Positions 36,137-49,345 of a DNA stretch of 64,000 nt are shown one piece after another. The stretch is taken from the NCBI GenBank assembly GCA_053919585.1, contig CM132787.1; one strand, 5' to 3'. Every line of letters begins with the position of its first letter. Within the stretch, counting starts at the first letter, position 1. The translations under genes and the position numbers were made by a program. This stretch comes from Euprymna scolopes (Eukaryota). The notes beneath the pieces were generated by a model. It was not told the origin of the DNA and did no database searches. It worked only from the letters and a program-made list of their open reading frames with translations.

Positions 36137-37344
36137 GGGGGGATAGAGAAAGAAATTCACAAGAGAAGAAAGAGGGGGGGAATAGAAGATAATGGAGAAA
36201 AGGAAGGAAGATGTTTGATATAAACAACGATTGTCTACTCGAAAAAAGGAGATATAGAAGGGTTTTTGGCAGTCTTTGGCTAGCGAGCGAAGCGTACACA
36301 TCGGCTCTCGCCCCGCCTGGGGTGAGAGGCAGGGGCAGAAATCTCAGTAAGGACTAACTTAAAAAGATCTTGTTCTTAGCTAGAGAATTAACCTGAAATC
36401 TCAAGTACCTGCATCACGAAGCGCGGATAACGAAAACATGACTTTAAACAAATGTAGAATGATTGCAAATAATTATTTTATTTGGTGTAAACGAAAATGA
36501 CCTCAGAGTTTTTTCTTTGTTTTTCGATTGCCGGCATAAGTGAAGATGCAGTTTATTTCAGGTATGCCCTGACGCCAGACGACGAAGACACCGACACGAA
36601 ACCAGATTGACGGCCGAAGAGGACAATGTTGCCACACGGACTTGGGGTCATGCACGTTTAACGTGCCTTGAGCAGCGGAGGTATGTTTTCCAGGGACCAG
36701 TGCGAATCTTGTCACGCTGGAGGGGTCCACCACTAGACGACGCAGGCCCGGGACATCGTTCTCGTTACAACGTGATGCGCGTGACGCGTCCGTTACAATA
36801 GAATTAACGAATTAATCGTCCCATATTTTAACAAATATGAACTTGGTCACGTTAGTGTACTTCATGGAGTTGGTAAGGATGGCAGGAGCCCTGAAAATAG
36901 GAAGGTGGACTGTTTTTAGAAAGATCAGTGAAGGGATAATCACACGGTTGGTGACCCTAGAAGTGTACTTTGAAATCCTGTAAGAAATTGATCGACAGTT
37001 TCGAGGGAAGAATCGATAAGTTCGATGAGGTCAAGAAGCAGTTGACTAGCAAATTATCAAAAATTAGTGCTTGAAATGTTACGCGAGTTTTGAATTATTT
37101 TTATTATTCGATTAAAATACTCTAGATGCCATGCGAACTTTTATTAATTTTGGAAGACAAAATTATTTGACTAATCCTTGAAACTTTCACGAAGTATTTA
37201 ATAATTTTTAAGGAAAAATTATTCGAGCTAATTCCTTAATTGAAGGTTTATTTGTGCAATGTTGTGAAGTTTGGCTGTGATCATAGCGTTGTATCTGTGT
37301 TAACCGTGGCAAGCATGGCCAAGGGTCAAAACATTATTATTATT

Positions 37345-38212
37345 GGCTCACATGGAGCTTTCACACAAGTCAACAACCGATCTGATTGGAAACCTGTGGT
37401 GTTCTCTGGAAGCTGAGTGACAACAAGTCTCCCCAGACGTCCAGCTTTCTTCGCGTCCTTCGATAGCATTTGCAAATGAATTTGCATCATCGCAACAGCC
37501 ATTTATCATTGATTTCTCGCTGGCAGTGGGCATTGGTTTATACTGGAATTTGAGTGGCACTAAGCCTCCCCAAGGTCCCAATTCTCTTTGCGCTTGTCCA
37601 GCGGAGGTCTGGTCAGCGCTCTTTCCTCGATCTTTCCATCCTCCTTGACGCTTCTCAGCTCTTTGGTATCACTTTTCTATTGGGGGAACGGTGATGAGAC
37701 AATGGAACGAGATGCGTGATGGGGGTGTAGAACTTGTAGATATGCAGCTTCGGTGTTCTTCATTCCCTGTAACGCTTCTTCGTTATATTGTATTCTTATA
37801 TTATTCTCCGCATTCAATAGTTTTCCTTAATATTTCAGCCGTTTTCATTATCGTTAGTCGTTGTATTTTTGCTGCTATTCTGCTGATTCCAATTTCTGCC
37901 ATTCTTTTTTCAAAGTCTTTCGAAATTGTTCCTAGTGCTCCTACTATTATCAGCATTATTTTGATTTTCTTCATTATCTAAATCCATTTTAACTCTCTAG
38001 CTAGCTCTGTGTATTTGCTTCGTTTCTCCTTTTCTTTCATGCTCACCCTGTGGTCAGCTGGGACAGCAAAGTCTCCGATTTGACAGGAGTTTTCTTTCTT
38101 GTTAATTATTACGACATCTGGTCTTCTTGCTTGGATGGGTTTGTCTGTCTGTTTGTCCCATAGGATCTTGTGGTTATCGTTTTCTAGTGTTGTTGCTGGT
38201 TTATGTTTGTAC

Positions 38213-38213
<1 letters not shown>
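37345..38213 (-). mobile_element. R4/Dong-type LINE 3' portion with restriction-like endonuclease (RLE) domain, inserted in (TAA)n
   Basis: The minus strand encodes WYKHKP...KILWD...QTDKPIQARRPDVVIINKKENSCQIGDFAVPADHRVSMKEKEKRSKYTELARE (PD..D RLE signature). (ATT)n on both sides: 37333-37344 and 38214-38272. Confidence 0.9.
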
Positions 38214-38273
<60 letters not shown>

Positions 38274-39269
38274 AATTGATTCGAGCGACGGCGGGTCGCT
38301 ACACCGATTATTATGATTAGAAAAATAAACAATTAGAAAAAAGTGATTGACAGCTGAAATAATAATATCGCTAAAAAAGGAATGTGAAAAAAGAATATAG
38401 ATGTAAACATTATTTTATTTTGCATAAACAAATAATTATAATGTGGTTACATCAGCTGCTGGTCTGAGACACGTAATGAGATATAGATTTGGAGAAATTC
38501 TCGACAGTCGTTAGAAATATTAGTAGATTTTGGAGAAATTCTGGACAGAGAGAACAAACCACTCAAAAGGGGGATTTGGTTTCTCCATGACGCAGGGAGC
38601 GGCGTTATCTCAGGCAGCCAAGATGTAAAAACATGTAATCTTTGAAGATGTCAGCTGAAATCATAAAAATAAATGTTCGTAAATAATTCAGGTATGTGTT
38701 GTGTTATTTACATCTTTTAAAAAGAACTGTTTGTCTACAACTGTTTCGATATGTCCACGTCAATTGTTTCCTGTTAGAAACGTTGCATAAATGTAAAATA
38801 TACACACTGGACGATCAACTAAATGATACTACGTATATACATATACGCATTTACACGTTCATGAATATACACATAAAATATAAAGCCTACTATTCAATAT
38901 GTGCGTCGTTATAGAACATATTCATGTACACATTACACAACAGACCCCTTTTTAGAGCTCAATAATATAACATTTAAAATTAACCCGAATTATAAATGTT
39001 CCTGAATTTTTGATTGAAGAGTATTTTCGAAAAATTAAATTGATTCTACGAAAAAATTTTTCTTCAATTTGGAAGGATTTCTGTCCATTGAGGAGTACAA
39101 CTAGTTAAGTGTTTAAAAACCGACAGAAAACATCGCGGCTATAATTTTCTGTCATGAATTGTCGTGATGTTTAAAAGATTTCTGTCTGTGTTCCTTTCGG
39201 CATTACATTTTTCTAACATATTTGCGATAACAATAAACTAATGTCTCCTGTTGTATTTAAAAAATGTAG

Positions 39270-40158
39270 TACGAGGTGCCTTCAATAAATTGCCAGACTT
39301 TTCTATACATTAGACGCTTTAGAATTGCACGTAGACGCTTAAAAATTCAGTATGTTATTGCTATTTATCTCATAAAATGACTGACCAATTTTTATGAGTT
39401 CAGGTTCAAATGAACAGCCACAGCAGAAATTGAAATACACCATACTAAAGTCTATCAGAGTTGGTGAATTTCAAAAATGCCATCTGGACGTGAGGATACT
39501 TTAGAAGAATGATATGTAATAACATTCTGTTTTAAACTTGAAAAAATTCAGCAGAAACGTATGAAATACTTCAGACTGATTTTCAACCGTCTTTCATGAA
39601 TCGAGCATCAGTTTTTGAGTGGAATAAGAGATTCAAGGAAGGCAGAGAGTCTGTAAGGGATGATGAGAGGTGTGAGAAGAGTAAGGAAGTGATAACACCA
39701 GAGTCGATTGGCCAAATAAAGTACGTCATAGATAAGGGCCGTCGTGTATCCATAGGTTCAGGATGGGGAAGATCTGCGTGAAGTGCGTGTCTCTTAGGCT
39801 GTTCAGAGAAGATCACAGTTTATTTACCAAAATTGGCATCAGTTCTTCACACTCACTATAGGGAGGGTAAAGAATTATATTGATGCTCCCTGTGACGTTT
39901 GGTTATTCCTTAAGCTCAAGAAAAACCTTAAAGGCTGTTGTTATAAGACAGCTGAGGAGATGACAGTCTATGACGAGGGTTATTAACACGCTCACACAAG
40001 AGGACTCTCATGCATCCTTCCAAAAGTTGTTGGAACGGTACAACAAATGCATTGCAGCCGGAGGAGATTACTTCGAAGGAGATTAGAGTGTCATGTGTGT
40101 ACTATGCACAAAAGTACCCGGACGAAAAAGTCTGGAAACCTATTGAAGGCACCTCGTA
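39270..40158 (+). mobile_element. mariner element with internal deletion
   Basis: TIRs tacgaggtgccttcaata...ccagactttt and aaaagtctggaaacctattgaaggcacctcgta, with TA at both ends. Remnant peptides MNRASVFEWNKRFKEGRESVRDDERC and FQKLLERYNKCIAAGGDYFEGD*. Confidence 0.92.
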
Positions 40159-40489
40159 ATACTACAAAATTTTGACTATGAAAGGTCACAGGTGTGTTGA
40201 AGTTGTTTCTCTTCGATCTGCGTCTTTATTGGTGGCGATATATTCAAGAAAACGGTAACCGACCAGATTGTTGCAAACTGAAGTGTGATAAAAACGAACA
40301 AAACGCCCAACGGAGAGCGCCCTTTATAGCAATATATGTACGCGTCTAAAGATGCTATTTAAAACGTGAGCACGGCAGGTAAAAAACGGCATTCGTGTTC
40401 GCTAGCAACAGGCAACTCAAATGCTGCTGTTCCTTCTCGTTGTAACATATATTTTCTACAACAAGCTCTTCAATGGTTCGATCACACTC

Positions 40490-40838
40490 TTCTCTCGCCA
40501 ATCTTTCACGATAAACACCCGTCTAGCTAAAACCACTCTGAGTAATTTCCCACAATCTTTATCTGTGCCTAAATCAAAACGTAGATTCCATGAACAAAGC
40601 TTCTTTCTGAGAAGTGCACGCCTGTGGAATTCTCATCCGCTTGCCTGTTTTCCACCTGACTACAACTTAGATGTCTTTAAACAAATTCCTGATTAATCGT
40701 CCCTTAAGTAAGACACTTTATCAAATCTACAATACCAACTATTACTATGATATTATCCCATTGATTATTGTACACACAATAACTCTTATCTCTGAGTGGA
40801 TTCTGGACCTTGATAAGTGATCCCCCATGTAAAAAAAA
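40490..40838 (+). mobile_element. LINE family B 3' fragment
   Basis: RQSFTINTRLA...KRRFHEQSFFLRSARLWNS, followed by the 3' UTR and a poly(A) remnant. Confidence 0.9.
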
Positions 40839-41793
40839 GTGATTTCAGGCACAATATCATTGAACCAGCCTCTCATCAAGGTTGGGTGAAACGACGCGAA
40901 GGCCAGCTCAAAACCTGGCTAAGAACGGCGAAATAAGATTCTGCGCTAATTCTGTGTTCTCGTCTCTATGGGGCACCAGGCTGAAACTGTGATTGGTTAA
41001 TTCTCAAACCTGCTACTCTGGAGGAGCACGATGTGTCGTCTGTTTTCATTCAGGACGCGGTAATACTAACACAAATGCTATCTGATGCGTAAACCAAACA
41101 GACAGTCTAACGCAAATATAACTTAATATAGAGATATTTGAACCAATCTAATAAAAACGTGTTCATTTCATATGTGTTTTCCGAAGATACAATTAAAAAG
41201 TTAAACGTGACCCACAAAAAGAAATGCTATTTCAAAGTGACGCGTGACAGATTTACTGATTACAAGACGAGGATGCACTTAAATGAATAGAAATAATTCG
41301 ATTCGATGAAAAAAAAAAAACCCAAGAAAACTCAACGTCGAGTGAAACAATGCCGGAGACAACGTCTTTTTTTTACATATGCCATACAAATGTTGGAAAG
41401 GAAAAACCGGAAAGAAAACAAAAACGAGTAATACTAAAAACAGAAATGTGTGAATTTCAATTCCTTTCTTTCGTCGCGTTGAAAATGAGTTTAAGGGCGA
41501 ATTCTTTTTATTCAACTCAGCTGCAATTACCATTTATGAATATATTTCCATTAAATTGAATCGCTACGATTTCCGTCTTGGGCAGCTGTTTTGATTGTTA
41601 CAGCGTTAATTATTAATTCTGGCGATCAATTACGATTGATTTTTATTTGCAGCTAGATGAGTTTTCTCTGCAACTGCAGTTCGGGAAATTACCATAGAAT
41701 TGTGGATTCCATTAATGAATTGATTTTTTTTTATCTATTTGATGTTTAACATAACATAAAACTGCATTCCGTATTTCATGATTGAATTGTGCG

Positions 41794-41835
41794 GATTATT
41801 GGGGGTTTTTACGCGATTATTGGGGGTTTTTACGC
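41794..41835. repeat. 21-bp tandem duplication
   Basis: gattattgggggtttttacgc x2. Confidence 0.9.
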
Positions 41836-42110
41836 AATTAGTTCTCGTTACTATGCATATCTTTTGCCGTTTCATATTTTCCGATAAAACGCATACTTTC
41901 GTAATAAAATAAATATAGATATGGAATTTTAGAAGCCACGAACAAACGTAGAGAAGCGTATTTCTATAGGTGATATTGGATGCGCAGAAAAGTGAAAATG
42001 CATCTGTTAACTTCACGACCAGTTTGTAAAATAATAAATTTAAGATAATTAACATTGTGATGCAATCTTCGTATAATTTTTCGAGGAGAGGAGGGGGTTT
42101 CCGTCTGGTG

Positions 42111-42160
<50 letters not shown>
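42111..42160. repeat. (ATT)n microsatellite
   Basis: Direct reading. Confidence 0.95.
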
Positions 42161-42161
<1 letters not shown>

Positions 42162-42380
42162 TATACGTGCGTCTCTTGTGTAATGTCTATGCATGTGTGT
42201 GGCGCCGTGATCTATGTTTATGTACGTATGTCTATACATGTGATCGTGTCCCTTCTAGTATGTTTGTATATGTATTTCGATAAAGTCACTATTCCTTTTT
42301 GGTCTCTCGACAAAAGGAGGGTGGACTTGTAAATTCACCCTTGTCCGGTCGTCTGTTTGTCTGACTGCACTTCTCCCAAT

Positions 42381-42446
42381 AACTACGCAACGTTGAGCCT
42401 GGCCGATATCAGTTGGGTAACCAATTGGGAGGGCTGGGCGCTGTAT
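42381..42446 (+). pseudogene. 3' half of a degenerate 5S rRNA-derived sequence
   Basis: aactacgcaacgttgagcctggccgatatcagttgggtaaccaattgggagggctgggcgctgta parallels 5S AAGCAACG..GCC.GG...GGGTGACC...TGGGA....GG.TGCTGTA and the copy at 12218. Confidence 0.55.
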
Positions 42447-42751
42447 ATTCCGCGCCGAGTCGTAGAAATTTCCATGTTGGTATGTGGGACGCATTAATTA
42501 ACTGGGAGAGATCCACTCCCAATCTTTGTTAAGACATGCATCCAGGAGAAGCAAAATTTAATATAAAATCCTACGGTCTACTGTATATTCTGTCTTGTGG
42601 CAGTCATCTGTACCGACAAAGCTTATCAATAATACCAAAAATGGGGATAGTTCTACACGAAGTTTTACCCACTCTAAACAAATCATCTGTGTGGATTTCC
42701 GAGCAATTTGGTTGCGGCGGAAGCTCATGCGTCGAAATCGATGGGAGAGTC

Positions 42752-42815
<64 letters not shown>

Positions 42816-42853
42816 CTGTAGATTATTTTATTTACCTTATCTGCAAAGGGTTT

Positions 42854-43350
42854 TCTTCCCAAAGGGAGTGCAGCCTTGGAGTTTGTTGGGAAGCTTGCGT
42901 GTCTTAGTGACCCCAAGAGCTAAGCCGGCAGGAGATTCGTTTCCTGGTAGGGCGATCCATGCCGGATAAGTTGACGGATAGAGGTCAGACCAAGAGCATT
43001 CTATCTACCCCCTGGGAGGGCTGAGTGTAGAGCCAGTAACCTCACCCTGAAAAAGAATTCTTCACTACAAAAACATCTACAAAATCCTGAGAAGCTCCGG
43101 TTCTGAGAGAGGAGGGTCCTGCACATGAAGAAAGTATGACGTGCTGGGGTCAAAGACGAAAGGACGCTTCAGTACCGAAAATCCTTTTATATACCAAAGA
43201 AACCTGGAGAAGAAACCTGGAGGAGTACGTCGAGCAGACCGGCTACACCTAGGGGTAGGTGGAGCGAATCGCTCAGGACAGTGGACGCTGGAGGGCTGTT
43301 GTGGATGGACTATGCTCCTCCAGGGATGAAGGCTATAATGATGATGATGA
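42854..43350 (+). mobile_element. Non-autonomous bipartite RTE-derived retroposon (5' UTR fused to 3' end) with 12-bp TSD
   Basis: The TSD tgcaaagggttt is at 42842-42853 and 43351-43362. The 5' part resembles RTE UTRs (gtgaccccaagagctaagcc, cctggtagggcg, gagccagtaacctcaccctgaaaa). The 3' part encodes VERIAQDSGRWRAVVDGLCSSRDEG and ends in (TGA)n. Confidence 0.8.
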
Positions 43351-44350
43351 TGCAAAGGGTTTAACAAAAGTGCGACTGTAGAACGAACTCGACTCGACTT
43401 TAACACAATCAGGTTTTCAGCCCTTATGGCTTGTTTGTTCTACTGTAAATTCAGCCTCTTTTCTAAGCGGTTTACTGCTTAACAATCCAAATTAAGAAAC
43501 GATTTATTATATCAAATTAGTGGACGCAAGTTGCTATTTAACTGCATGGGTTTAATCATCATGCTATGTTTTGAACGGTATTAGTAATTGATTATAATAG
43601 AGCCGATGGGTGTGTTATTATTCGAAATAGTAAATGCCATAATTCGAAGCCTTATTCATTAGGTCATTTGCTTGCACACTCCGAAGATGTAGGGGAAAAG
43701 TGCTTAAAGTATATTTGACTCTTAGTAGACGCTCTGTTCTTTTCTGTCTTTTTATTTTTCATATTTTCAAATGAGAGTATTTCAACATCTTCTAATATTT
43801 TCTTTTCTTTTCCACTTTCATTGGTCGGAAACGGATAAGGTTTAATGATGCAAATTAATTTCATGCCGTCCGAGCTTCCTGAACTCATTAGTTGAAAAAC
43901 AGAAAAAGGAGAAGAAAAGGAGAAGGAGGATAAGAAAGATGATAATAAAGAAAAAGAATGAGAAATAACGCTGCTCATTTAAAAAAAATATATAAAAGCA
44001 AGAAAAAAAGAAATCGTTTAATTATTTATTTTCACACGTGAGTATCAACAAGTTCCCGGATGCTCAGCTCACATTTCAACGCGCATCGATTTCAGCGGCA
44101 ACCATTTTTACACTCGAACATTCTTGATTTTTTCTTTTTTAGTTTTGCTTAAGTCTTTAATCATTAGTTACATTCAAATTTCTACATGTTTCTTGATAAA
44201 TTTAACTTTTATTTAACAACTATTTCCTTTCCTACTTTATTTATTTGTGCACGTTTTCAACAAAAGAGAACAGGAAAAACGAAAATAATAAAACACAGGA
44301 GCTGTCGTGCGAGAAAATATTTGAATAATAATTTCAGATTTATTTATTTG

Positions 44351-44777
44351 ACTAGCAAGCCGCCTGGCATTGCCCGGTCGTAAAGTACGCTTAAATATGA
44401 CATTTTGATTTATGCAGATTTCGTATTTATTATTACATTATACTAAACTCAATGTATAGTAATGATTAAAAAATGATTCGGGCGTCACAACCGAGAATCG
44501 AAACTAAAACGTTTAGCTTAGATTTACTTTTCCGTTCACGTTCATAGCTTGAGCTATGAAGACATATTTGCTGCGAGGCTAAAAATTATAATATGAACTA
44601 ATATCTATTACGTTACGCATACATATTCGTAATGCCAAAATTATAAAAAATGCAAGTATAGAAAAAGAAACTGGTTTAATGACATTAGAAATGTCATTAA
44701 GACACTGTTTTCTGATGATATAATAAAGTTATATGTAACTTTTATTCCTCATGTTTCATTAAATATTATATATATAT

Positions 44778-44781
<4 letters not shown>
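44351..44781 (-). mobile_element. Short non-autonomous Helitron-like element
   Basis: The minus-strand 3' end gaccgggcaatgccaggcggcttgCTAG|t has a hairpin plus CTAG. The putative 5' end near 44770-44781 is (TA)-rich. Confidence 0.5.
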
Positions 44782-44813
<32 letters not shown>

Positions 44814-45304
44814 AGAAAGAGAGAGAAACTTAAAATATTGATAATGTGATTTTACTAAGATGAGATAAGAATCAACTAGAATATCACGAAAGCTCAAAAT
44901 AAGTTTTCTTTATTTTTCATTTTTCTGTCTATTTTTCATTTTAGAGAGGAAGCATTTCACCCGGAACAAGATCCATTTCAAAAAAACTATAATCTATTTT
45001 TCATGCTCTATTTTAATTCTCAAAAAAATATTAAGATTTCTCAAATTAATTAAGATACAGAAAGAAAATTGTCACATTTTGAAGATGAATATCAATTTTG
45101 AATATGCGCTTATCTATTTTATTGTAAATTAAAAATCCAATATTATAAAATGTCTTTTTTATTGTTCAAAGATTTTGAGAAAATATTGAAGTTAAATATT
45201 TTAGAGAAATGTATATTTATGTTTCAGAATGGGAAGTAAAAGTATTTGAAGATTTTTTACTTATTTAGAGTCTGGTCTATCCTGTTCATAAGATTTTTCG
45301 AACA

Positions 45305-45373
<69 letters not shown>

Positions 45374-45376
<3 letters not shown>

Positions 45377-46990
45377 TTGTGCCCGATATTATTCATACCC
45401 CTCCTTGAAAATTGAGTTTATTAGGTGTAACTTTGTAAGAATTTATTGTTTACGTCCATATTGATACATATTCTTAATAAACCTCTTCTGATCATTTTCG
45501 TCATTTTAAAATCTCGGGATACTTGTAATAAAAGAAATATACAGCTATTTATAAAATCTGCAATGTTCAAAAATAATCATACCCCCTTATTTTTTCAGTA
45601 TTAATCGAGTTTCTGACTGTTTGTTTCCTGTTTGATTCTTATTTTGAATGCTTTTATACAACCTTTGATTAATTTCATTTCGTTTTTTGCATTTTTCAGA
45701 AATTAAAATGATATCAACTAGAAAACCAATAAAAGAATAAAAATTATTAGAATGGGGAAGAAAAAAGAGCTTAGTAATGATCTTAGGACTAAAATTGTGA
45801 ATTCACATAAGGATGGTTTAGGTTACAAATCAATTTCCAAGAAATTTGAGGTCCCTACAGCAACAGTACAGAGCATCATCAAAAAATTCCAGAGCCACCA
45901 CACAACAAACAACTTGATTGGTAGAGGAAGGAAAAGGAAACTGTCTGCTAGAGCCACCAGGAATATTGTAAGAAGTGTTAATGCAAATCCAACCACCACT
46001 ACTAAGGACATTTTAGAAAATCTGGAGTCTTCTGGCATAAAAATATCAAGGCAAACATTGCAAAGGACTCTGCATGAAAATGGTCTGAAAGGAAGAAGAT
46101 CAAGAAGGACTCCATTGCACACCGGAAAACACCTTGCAGCACGTCTAAAGTTTGCTAGGACCCATGTGAATTCTCCAGAGTCCGTTTTCTCAAGTATTTT
46201 GTGGACTGACGAAACAAAAATTGAATTGTTTGGCCATATGGATGCTTCTTACGTTTGGAGGAAGAAAGGAGAAGCTTACAACCCAAAGAACACCATACCC
46301 ACGGTGAAACATGGTGGTGGTAGCCTAATGCTTTGGGACTCCTTTTCGGCTAGTGGTCCAGGTAGTTTGGTCAAGATAGATAGAACCATGAAGAAGGAGC
46401 AATATTTGGAGATACTCCAGAAAAACATTAGACAGGATGCGGAGAAGCTCCATTTAGGACCAAACTGGGTCCTTTAACAGTATAATGATCCAAAACATAC
46501 TGCCAAAATAGTCAAGAAATGGTTTGAGGATAATCAAATTAATGTTTTGGAATGGCCTAGCCAGAGTCTCGACCTGAACCCTATCGAAAACCTCTGGCAC
46601 ATATTGAAAACTGAGGTTAAAAAGCGGAAACCTAGAAATTTGAGGGATTTGGAGAACTACTGCATTCAAGAATGGTCAAAAATCAGTGTTGATGCTTGTA
46701 AAAACCTTGTTGATAAATATCCAAAACGGCTACAGGCAGTTATTAAGAATAAAGGGCATGCTATTGACTATTAGTAAGAGAGGTATGAATAATTTTGAAC
46801 TAGTGCCATTATTGTTTTTCTTTGTATAATGTTTCAAACTTGCATAATTTATTTATTTGTTGAGTTTAAATTAAATGCTTATGCTTGATTTATTGTTTGA
46901 AATCCCTTTAATATTGTCTACCTTCTGGTTTGAGCAATATTCTTATAGAAATCTCAAAGATCCGAGGGGTATGAATAATATCGGGCACAA

Positions 46991-46993
<3 letters not shown>
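45374..46993 (+). mobile_element. Tc1-family DNA transposon (DD34E), 1620 bp, inserted in (TA)n
   Basis: Perfect 30-bp outer inverted repeats cacttgtgcccgatattattcatacccctc (45374-45403 and 46964-46993). Inner repeats of the core at about 45569-45585 and about 46782-46800. (TA)n on both sides. Confidence 0.97.
45752..46774 (+). pseudogene. Tc1 transposase, 340 codons, with one in-frame stop
   Basis: Paired-like N-terminus, GRGRKRK, WTDETKIELFG, TVKHGGGSLMLW, and *QYNDPKH where canonical is QQDNDPKH. The spacer to the E of NPIENLW is 34 residues. TAA at 46475-46477. Confidence 0.95.
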
Positions 46994-47037
<44 letters not shown>

Positions 47038-48409
47038 CACAAGTTGGCTTGTTTAATTTTATAAGTAATTTCAGTTCAATGAAAAACTTATAATGTGTGT
47101 TTATTGCCTCCTTAAATCACCAAAGTTAAGGAATATTTAATCCGGCCAAAACGAGATAGGTTACTATTTGAGAGTACCAAGCGCTGTATGTGTTATAAAA
47201 TGGAACTCTACGTAGCAGATTAGAAGTTTAGCTAGGATATAGATATAGATTTTAGTTTGAAAGTTATTGAGTCAACCAAAACTGGGTAATAAAAAGAGTC
47301 ATGGGTCACGTCAGAGAAGTAAACTGCTTCGATATGTGAGGACAAAATTTAGCGAGAGTTTTGACAAAATCACAGTTTGGCGATGAGATTTTTATAAGAG
47401 GGTAGTCAACCGTTCTTCGATAGCAGCAAGATGCATTGCAGTTTAGTTCTGGGATGCAAGAAAGCTGAAAAGAGATTGAAGATGTAGCAAGAATCCAACC
47501 GTTCTCCTAAGTTCACGAGAAATTGGCGATGCACATCCGAACCAATGTGTGAAGTAGAATAAAGTGAACTATAAAAACAACAAGAAAACTTAAGTTTACA
47601 TTATTCTGAACATGAAAAATATTCTTGCAGCGTGAAACCTGGCATGAAGAAAAACAGTAAGACTGTAATCTAATTTGAGAACACACATCCACGAGGTGAA
47701 AATGAAGGACAAAGAAAACATACGTCGCTCGATATGTTATTCATACATAACACATGTTAGTAAGAACGTGTATGCCGTTGCTTTAAAAAGGGATAATAAC
47801 AGGAAGGTCAGAATGTGTAGAACCTCTAACTTATGTAAGAACATTTGTTGTAAAGTCAAAGTGTTGATATGCTATAATGTAAACCAAATAAATAAGTTAA
47901 CAAGACACAAAGATTATGAACTAGTATATAGCATATGTATATGCGACTGGGAACTACGTACGAATATAATATTCCCTTGAGACTTACTTCTTTTGAAGGA
48001 AGCTAGTTAAACTCGCCTATGATGAATGCCATTTTAAAAAAATTACTCCTCTCATAGAGTATTTCATATTCTACCGTCGGTCACTATAAATCTAATTTAG
48101 TAGTATATAGATTAAGTCGAGGGCATGAGCATTCAAATTTCATATATATATTTTTTTAAATAATAGTGTTAAACTTATACAAAATGAAAACGTATTGTAA
48201 ATAAGACATGTTCTATGAGATAATCTACTTCTAAATATCTATTTATCTTTAAACTCAATTCATTGGTAGGAAAAAAAAATATATAAACTAACTATTGTAG
48301 AATGTACCAACGTTAACTCAGCAAACTTTAATGCTTTTTTGTTGTCATGTTTTATAATTCCTTTACATTTATAAAATATTTGTTTCTAGTATTTGAGATG
48401 ACGATTATC

Positions 48410-48670
48410 CGTATTGTTTGAATTATTCAGAATACTGTTCTCGTCTTGAGTGTTATTTTCACAGTTTCTACTAATGTCACTCCCGACCTTCTTCAGGTAT
48501 TTCTTGTCGTATTTTTTCGTCTTTCTGCTGAACCTATGGATCTGCGCGGAATTACAAACGGAACGCTTTATTTAATCCAAGGGGGTAGCATGCTCTCGTT
48601 CCCTTCGCCATAACTGGAAGGAAGTCCAAATTAATTCGAAATTGTTTTTTTAAATGTTGTTCTCATTGAG
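48410..48670 (-). mobile_element. Penelope-like pseudo-LTR remnant with decayed hammerhead core
   Basis: Minus strand: acctgaagaaggtcggg...gaaactgtgaaaataacac, giving CUGAAGA...GAAAC in the order and spacing of PLE hammerheads. Stem II is eroded. Confidence 0.5.
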
Positions 48671-49293
48671 GAACGAACAAAAAAAGGGTAACTTAAAACT
48701 GGATTTTAACAAATATTTTATCTGCTAGACGACAAGCATTAAATAAAGAGTTCTGTTCAAAATTTAAAATAATACAAATATGTAGCTAAATAAAAAAGAA
48801 ATCTTTTGAATTATATGCAAGTCAGCATCGTTTATTTACATTGTAAAGCTACTATTTCTATAATTGGTAATCTGCAAATTTTTACTTTAGCAACCGATTA
48901 TATGTTCTTATTTACGAACAAACAAACATGTTTAACAAGTATCGTAACTGCTTAATAGTATAAAGAAATTTGAACAAATCTTGCACTCTCTGTATCGTGT
49001 TGGATCACGAGGCCAATATCGTGATATTTATCGTGAGGCAAACTACAATTGCAGTCCTCTTATGTCTTTTGTTTTAACTTGAAGGACTATGTTTTATTTT
49101 GTTTAGATTTATTGCATATATTAAGGGAGCCATCGCTTTCAGAATTGCAGAGGACAATGTTTGCCATGAAAAATGACATGCCTTTGAGTTCACGTGATCA
49201 TCTTTCAATATTGTTATGGGAACGGATTATAGATTTTTTACTTTGATAGATAGATGAATAGATAAATAAAGAGGTAGAGGGGAACAAACAGAT

Positions 49294-49345
<52 letters not shown>

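Noticed and set aside
47150-47900. Faint piggyBac-like peptide traces (also about 55500-56010)
   Set aside because: Too degraded. No TTAA-bounded TIRs or clear catalytic motifs were found.
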